DNA from: a virus
Lineage: Duplodnaviria > Caudoviricetes
Direction: 5' to 3' (one strand)
IMG/VR virus record: IMGVR_UViG_3300048796_000144
Coordinates: 1-40,171 of that record
Length of the DNA: 40,171 nt
Below the pieces are notes generated by a model. The model saw only the letters and a program-made list of their open reading frames with translations, was not told the DNA's origin and made no database searches. Below, piece after piece: positions 35,508 to 40,171 of this stretch; the stretch's first letter is position 1; each line of letters starts with the position of its first letter. The translations under genes and the position numbers were made by a program.

Positions 35508-36390
35508 GACCGATATCCTCAATCCGACGACGGGCTACTGGCCCGCCATCCAGGACAACCCGAATCCGAGCTATGGCTATACGCGCCGCAGCGCCAGCAA
35601 CAGCGCCCTGCTGAAGGCGCGCATGGGTGCGCCGTACAGCCGCGAGACCATGAATCAGGGGTTCGCGTTCGAGTTCAACTACATCGGGCGGCCCTGGGCG
35701 ACGGTGCTGCGGCTGAAGCATTTCTATGAGCAGTTCAAGGGCGGATACTTCACCTACATCGACTACGACGCCGGCGGACGCCACCACGTCGGCCGCTTTA
35801 CCTCGCCGGTGAACGGCGTGGAATTCTCGAACGGCAAATACAACGTGCAGGGCCTGCTGTTCGAAGAAATGCCGCAGGCGCGCATGCTGCAATATCCGGC
35901 GAACTTCGCCGACTGGTCGCGCACCATCTATGTGATCGACGACTTCCTGAATCCGGCTGCGGCCAACTACTCCGCCGTGGCTAACGCGTGGGTGTCGCAA
36001 CTGAACCCGCTGCTGGTTGGCCCGTCCGCAACCGATCCCAGCGCGTACGAGCTTTACAACGCGGCGCCGACAGTGGGCGACTGGGCCAAGATTGAATACA
36101 TCGGCTGGGGCTTCACCATGACCATGCGCACCGGCGCGGGCATGGGCTCTGTGGCGCTTTATATCGATGAGGTGTATCAACACTTCCTGATCGACCTGAG
36201 CACCGGCAACCGCATCGCCGACGGCAGCGGCTTTCTGCCCGCGCTGCCGGCTGGCATGACGTGCGCCGGCGGCGTGCTGACGGTGTTGAATATGCCGCTC
36301 GATGCGCACCGCGTGTCGCTGCAGTATGTGCAGCCTGGCGGCGGGGCTGGTACCGGCGTGGCGTTTCCGGCCGTCAAGGTGATCGTCTAA
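35500..36390 (+). CDS. Distal tail protein (Dit/gpM-like) with C-terminal carbohydrate-binding-like extension
   Basis: First gene after TMP; PSYGYTRR...HFYEQFKGGYFTYID; C-half GAGMGSVALYIDE...HRVSL beta-sandwich pattern. Confidence 0.65.
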   Translation: MAETDILNPTTGYWPAIQDNPNPSYGYTRRSASNSALLKARMGAPYSRETMNQGFAFEFNYIGRPWATVLRLKHFYEQFKGGYFTYIDYDAGGRHHVGRFTSPVNGVEFSNGKYNVQGLLFEEMPQARMLQYPANFADWSRTIYVIDDFLNPAAANYSAVANAWVSQLNPLLVGPSATDPSAYELYNAAPTVGDWAKIEYIGWGFTMTMRTGAGMGSVALYIDEVYQHFLIDLSTGNRIADGSGFLPALPAGMTCAGGVLTVLNMPLDAHRVSLQYVQPGGGAGTGVAFPAVKVIV

Positions 36391-37044
36391 ATGGGGAGCA
36401 CATTCATTCCGCTGGCGGCTTCCGGCCTGCTCGCTCCGCGCACGCTGGTTGAGGTAAAGACCGTTGGCGGAAATGTGAATCTGTGGAGCGAGCATAAAGG
36501 CCTCTACCAGTCGCTGATCAATGGCGGCGGCAACTACCCTTACCTCGACTGGCTCTCCGGCTCGCAGCAGTTCTCGCTGTTTGGATCCGCGCAGACCGAT
36601 ACGGCAACCATCAGCGTGCAGAACATCAGCGGCAATACGGTGGAGCGCGATATCGCGAAGTCCTTCAGCCAGGCAGAGTTCATCGGCGCGTTTGTGGTCG
36701 CGCGCATCTGGCGAGCTGACTCCGAGGCTGCGCTCCTGACCTTCGTCGGCAACGTCACCGCCGCTGAAGTAGAAGACACGCACATGCAGTTGAGCGTGGA
36801 AGGCTTCGGCAACTACAGCGCTGTGCTGGCGCCCGCGTACAACATCGACAAGAGCTGCCCGCTGATGTTCGGCTCGGTTGCATGTGGATCCACATCGCCG
36901 ACGCCGTGCGATCAGAGCTACGGCGGATGTCTCTCCATCAACCGCTTCGCCGGCGCGGTGTCGCAGTGGGATGCGGACTCTTCGAACGTGCAGATGGTGC
37001 AGCCGCCGCCGGCCGTCTTCTTCAATACCGGGAGGGCGTTCTAA
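36391..37044 (+). CDS. Tail tip hub protein (lambda gpL/DUF2163-like, C-terminal 4-Cys cluster)
   Basis: CPLMFGSVACG...CDQSYGGC...NRFAG. Confidence 0.78.
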   Translation: MGSTFIPLAASGLLAPRTLVEVKTVGGNVNLWSEHKGLYQSLINGGGNYPYLDWLSGSQQFSLFGSAQTDTATISVQNISGNTVERDIAKSFSQAEFIGAFVVARIWRADSEAALLTFVGNVTAAEVEDTHMQLSVEGFGNYSAVLAPAYNIDKSCPLMFGSVACGSTSPTPCDQSYGGCLSINRFAGAVSQWDADSSNVQMVQPPPAVFFNTGRAF

Positions 37045-39774
37045 ATGGCACTGAATCCAGCGTTCGAGAGCCAGGGCACGCGCAAGCTTCCACTCTGCTT
37101 CGGCTATGTGAAGGCACAGGGCGATCTGTTCCTGTCGACCGTGACGCTCAACGGAGCGCAGTTCAACCTCTATCTGCTGGGCGAGGGCGAGTGGGACGGA
37201 TACGAGATGGTGAACTCGTTTCCCAACGCCGGCAGCGGTTCGCTGGGCGCAACGCCGTCGCACATGTTTCGCCAGTCGCTAACCGACGAGAATCCGAACC
37301 GTTTTGCGGAAGAGACGGCGACCGTGCTGCACTTCCACGCCGGCGCATACACGCCGATCGGCACCACCATCCCGATCGTCGATCCCACCACTGGACTGAT
37401 CCCCACCGACAGCTCGCAGGATGCAGGACCGACACAGGGATATGATCCATGGTTCGCGCAGTTCCCCTCGGTCACTCCGCCGCAGTCGTTCAGCGGAATC
37501 GCCTATGCGATCTTCGGGCTGCCTGCGGCGCCCAGCTTCACGCGCGGCACCTGGATCCCGAGCACGATCAGCGGCACCTGCATCTGGCGCACCACCAAGT
37601 GCAGGATCTTCGACGCCTATGGCAACGTCACCGGCTACGGCTTTACGCTGAACCCCGCCTGGCACAAGGTCGAGGCGCTGCTGCGCTATAAGATCAGGCC
37701 GCAGCAGCCGCCCATCGGCGGGCTGACCGCTGCCGAGAAAGCCTGCATCAACTGGGAGGCCGTGGCGGAGCTGGCCGCGCGCAACGACTTCATCCTGCCC
37801 AACGGCAACCCGCGCTTCGTCGGCAACTATGCGTTCGCGGCCGACGCCTCGCTCGCGAACATGATGGAGACCATGTGCCGCGTCGATCGCAGCTATCCGG
37901 TGAAGGACGGCCAGCAGCTTTACTGGCAGGGCGACGATGCCCGCGCATCGGTGTTTATCGCTTCGCGCAAACACCTGGTGGAAGGCTCGACGGTGCGGCT
38001 GGATAAGAAGGACGTGTCGAAGGCTCCGAACATGTTCGTTCCCCAGTATCGCGACCTCGACATCCCAGCCGTCTGCGAGGTGCAGACCGGCGTCGGTTTT
38101 GGCGCGTTCTTCCTGGGCAGCGCCATTCATTCCGGCTTCCGCGCGTTCACCTGCTCCACGCCCAGCCCTTTCACCAACAACAGCTTTATGACGGCCGGTG
38201 GCGTCAGCGATCCAACGTGGGACGGCGACTACCAGGTGAGCATCGTCGATGGCGATCCATATCCCATCGGCACCGACTTCCCGAACACCACCTACTGCCT
38301 GATGCCGACGCCGTATGGAACGCCGACGGCGAACGTGACGGGCGGATTTCTGGGCTCGAATGATGCGCGCTTCAGCTCTCGTGCGCCGACGGGCGTGCAG
38401 CATCGCACCGCGCAGAAGATGGTCGCGCAACAGAACCTCGGCCTGGCCGTACAGCCGCGCATCAATCGCGTGAACTACGACTGCGGCAACTCCACCTTCG
38501 ACCAGACCAATCGCCTGATGAAGTTCGAGCGCGACAGCCAGCTGGGCTCGGACACGGGCGCAAGCTGGAGAGCGCCGATCGCAGGCACGCTGAGCCTGTA
38601 TCTGGAGAGCGTTGACGCAAACGGTGCGCAGCTACCCAGCGTGGTAAAACGGCGCAGCGTGATCACGCTGGACGAGTGGCTATATCCGGAAGCGCCGCAG
38701 GGCACCAGCCAGGTGCAGCTCCGCGGCACCAGCCAGGCGACATCGACGGCTGGCACTATAACCGTCAACCTGCCTGCGGGCTCGCTGGCGGGCGACCTCG
38801 CGATTCTGTTTGCGGCCGGCGGATACTATCCCTCCGTTCCTGCTGGTTGGACCGGGCTTTATTCCAGCGTCGGGAATACCTGGAACGCGATCGCTGCTTC
38901 GAAGGTCCTGACCGGCGGCGACATTGCGACCGGGAGCGTGACAGTTGCGTTCAGTAATGCTTTTGACTGTGTTGCTGCGCTGAGCGTCTTTATTGGTGCC
39001 ACCGGCGGTGTGCGCGAGACCGAGGGAACCTGGTACGTTGGCGTGCCCAGCGGCACGCTCGCGACATCGGGCGCCGTGCTCAATACGGACGCGGCGATCT
39101 ACTTCGCATCCCAGCGCAACGCAGTTGGGCAAACCATAAATCCGGCAACTGGTTCGGTCACTGGCCTCCAGGCTATTGCGACCACCTATTCATCCAGCAC
39201 GTTGGCTTGCCAGCCGATGCCTGGCGGCGTCCTCAACGTCACCTACGACTATCCGAGTGTGCAGTCCCAGTCGATCCAGGTCATCGTTATGGGCGCTGCC
39301 GTGAACCTCTCGCCGCGTGACTTTCAGGTGATGGAGATGGCGGTGACCTCGCCAACGGAGACGGACCTGGGGCGCGTCGAGTTGACGCTGGCCCAGTACA
39401 ACCGAAGCGCCTACACCGACGTCAGCGACGCGCCCGGAAACCAGTATCCGACGGTGCCTGGAAGCAGCTTGAAACTGAGCGGATTTACACCTGCAACCTA
39501 CGGCGGTCATGTGCTGAATGCGACCGTGGCATTTACGTACACCGGAAGCACGCTGACCATCGCAATTCCTGACCTGTTGATACAGGTTTTGGGAGTGGCT
39601 GGACCGACCGCGTTTCCGACCTTCGCGGTGACCGGAGTTCCGACAAATACGCCGGTGACTTTGTACATCAATTACCCGACCGGTTTGAGCAATCCGCCAA
39701 CATTCAACTGGGTGGCCGGAAGCGTCATCGCAGGCACCTACGTCATCGTCGTAGCCAGGGGGACTTTTAGCTGA
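37045..39774 (+). CDS. Central tail-tip/host-specificity protein (gpJ-like) with inserted beta-rich domain
   Basis: KLPLCFGY, LLGEGEWDG, FSGIAY, FTLNPAW; insertion about 38701-39309. Confidence 0.82.
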   Translation: MALNPAFESQGTRKLPLCFGYVKAQGDLFLSTVTLNGAQFNLYLLGEGEWDGYEMVNSFPNAGSGSLGATPSHMFRQSLTDENPNRFAEETATVLHFHAGAYTPIGTTIPIVDPTTGLIPTDSSQDAGPTQGYDPWFAQFPSVTPPQSFSGIAYAIFGLPAAPSFTRGTWIPSTISGTCIWRTTKCRIFDAYGNVTGYGFTLNPAWHKVEALLRYKIRPQQPPIGGLTAAEKACINWEAVAELAARNDFILPNGNPRFVGNYAFAADASLANMMETMCRVDRSYPVKDGQQLYWQGDDARASVFIASRKHLVEGSTVRLDKKDVSKAPNMFVPQYRDLDIPAVCEVQTGVGFGAFFLGSAIHSGFRAFTCSTPSPFTNNSFMTAGGVSDPTWDGDYQVSIVDGDPYPIGTDFPNTTYCLMPTPYGTPTANVTGGFLGSNDARFSSRAPTGVQHRTAQKMVAQQNLGLAVQPRINRVNYDCGNSTFDQTNRLMKFERDSQLGSDTGASWRAPIAGTLSLYLESVDANGAQLPSVVKRRSVITLDEWLYPEAPQGTSQVQLRGTSQATSTAGTITVNLPAGSLAGDLAILFAAGGYYPSVPAGWTGLYSSVGNTWNAIAASKVLTGGDIATGSVTVAFSNAFDCVAALSVFIGATGGVRETEGTWYVGVPSGTLATSGAVLNTDAAIYFASQRNAVGQTINPATGSVTGLQAIATTYSSSTLACQPMPGGVLNVTYDYPSVQSQSIQVIVMGAAVNLSPRDFQVMEMAVTSPTETDLGRVELTLAQYNRSAYTDVSDAPGNQYPTVPGSSLKLSGFTPATYGGHVLNATVAFTYTGSTLTIAIPDLLIQVLGVAGPTAFPTFAVTGVPTNTPVTLYINYPTGLSNPPTFNWVAGSVIAGTYVIVVARGTFS

Positions 39775-40115
39775 TGAAAACGCTCGATACCAGCGCCGAT
39801 GTGGCAGCCAAAAACAGGGTCGAAAACAGGCCGTCCGTCCCATGGCCAAAACCCGTCCCGGTACGCCCGATCGCGAGCCCGAATTTCACCTTCACCGAGC
39901 CCGGCAAACCATGCTCATCTTGGTCCGATGGCTGGCACATCGTCCAGGACGGAAAGTGCCGCTGCGGAGCCGAGTACATCCTGGCTGAAATCGACCACGA
40001 AACCCAGGCCAGAAAAGGTGCGGTAGAAGCACTCCAATCGGGTGCCGAAATGGTCGCCAAAATCCTCGCCGGGACGGGTCAACCGAGGCAAAATACAGAG
40101 GATAAATTGGAGTAA
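39774..40115 (+). CDS. Hypothetical terminal protein
   Basis: TGATG-coupled 113-aa ORF with C...H...CRC; stop lies within an end repeat. Confidence 0.5.
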   Translation: MKTLDTSADVAAKNRVENRPSVPWPKPVPVRPIASPNFTFTEPGKPCSSWSDGWHIVQDGKCRCGAEYILAEIDHETQARKGAVEALQSGAEMVAKILAGTGQPRQNTEDKLE

Positions 40116-40162
40116 CTACAAAATATCGTCTGTTTTACTCCAATTTTTCGGCTGCAGCTACA
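40104..40162. repeat. Phage right end with transposase-binding inverted repeats
   Basis: AAATTGGAGTAA (40104-40115) / TTACTCCAATTT (40135-40146); terminus reads TGTAGCTGCAGCCGAAAAAT inward from 40162. Confidence 0.75.
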
Positions 40163-40171
40163 ATGGACTCA

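Larger units (their letters stand above)
1..40162. mobile_element. Mu-like transposable phage/prophage (siphovirus tail, B3/BcepMu-like divergent layout); left end outside window
   Basis: DDE transposase plus AAA transposition ATPase pair, gemA-like gene, Mu gp26/27/28/29/30/I/36/G-like genes in Mu order, terminal CA with end-binding repeats. Confidence 0.95.

Noticed and set aside
13459-37263. Very long antisense ORFs (13459-15057, 19636-21786, 22419-24137, 24406-26205, 35497-37263)
   Set aside because: Expected shadows of high-GC coding genes on the opposite strand; no motifs or RBS
39774-40115. Terminal ORF as Mu Com or Mom
   Set aside because: Lacks the paired CxxC Com finger and is too short and dissimilar for Mom

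Overview
Near-complete Mu-like (transposable) siphovirus or prophage with B3/BcepMu-type architecture. An internal CI/LexA-type repressor (15676-16380, +) diverges from a leftward early/middle operon: Cro/Ner-like, CII-like, MuA, MuB, many small Zn-finger/HTH ORFs, gemA-like and a tandem-HTH regulator. The rightward late arm encodes a GH73 endolysin, a lipoprotein, a holin candidate, Mu gp25-30-like head genes, protease/scaffold, capsid, neck, tail tube, chaperones, tape measure and Dit/gpL-like/gpJ-like tip proteins. It ends at a Mu-R-end-like terminus (...CTACA, 40162). The left end lies outside the window. The most unusual part is 1-4760, where four genes encoding fibre/receptor-binding-like modules (collagen, CBM5/12-like, SGNH esterase, lectin-like) all start with classical Sec signal peptides. 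Three share a conserved Cys-paired N-terminal module, and one shares its tip domain with an insertion in the virion tail-tip protein. No tail-fibre genes follow the tail operon. Also seen: a four-copy stop-codon-abutting hairpin repeat with covariation, a structured anti-SD leader before the tail chaperone, a LuxR HTH ending in lambda's GGGAAAG slippery site, nested genes and a candidate central strong gyrase site. All family assignments are by eye from motifs and gene order; no searches were run.
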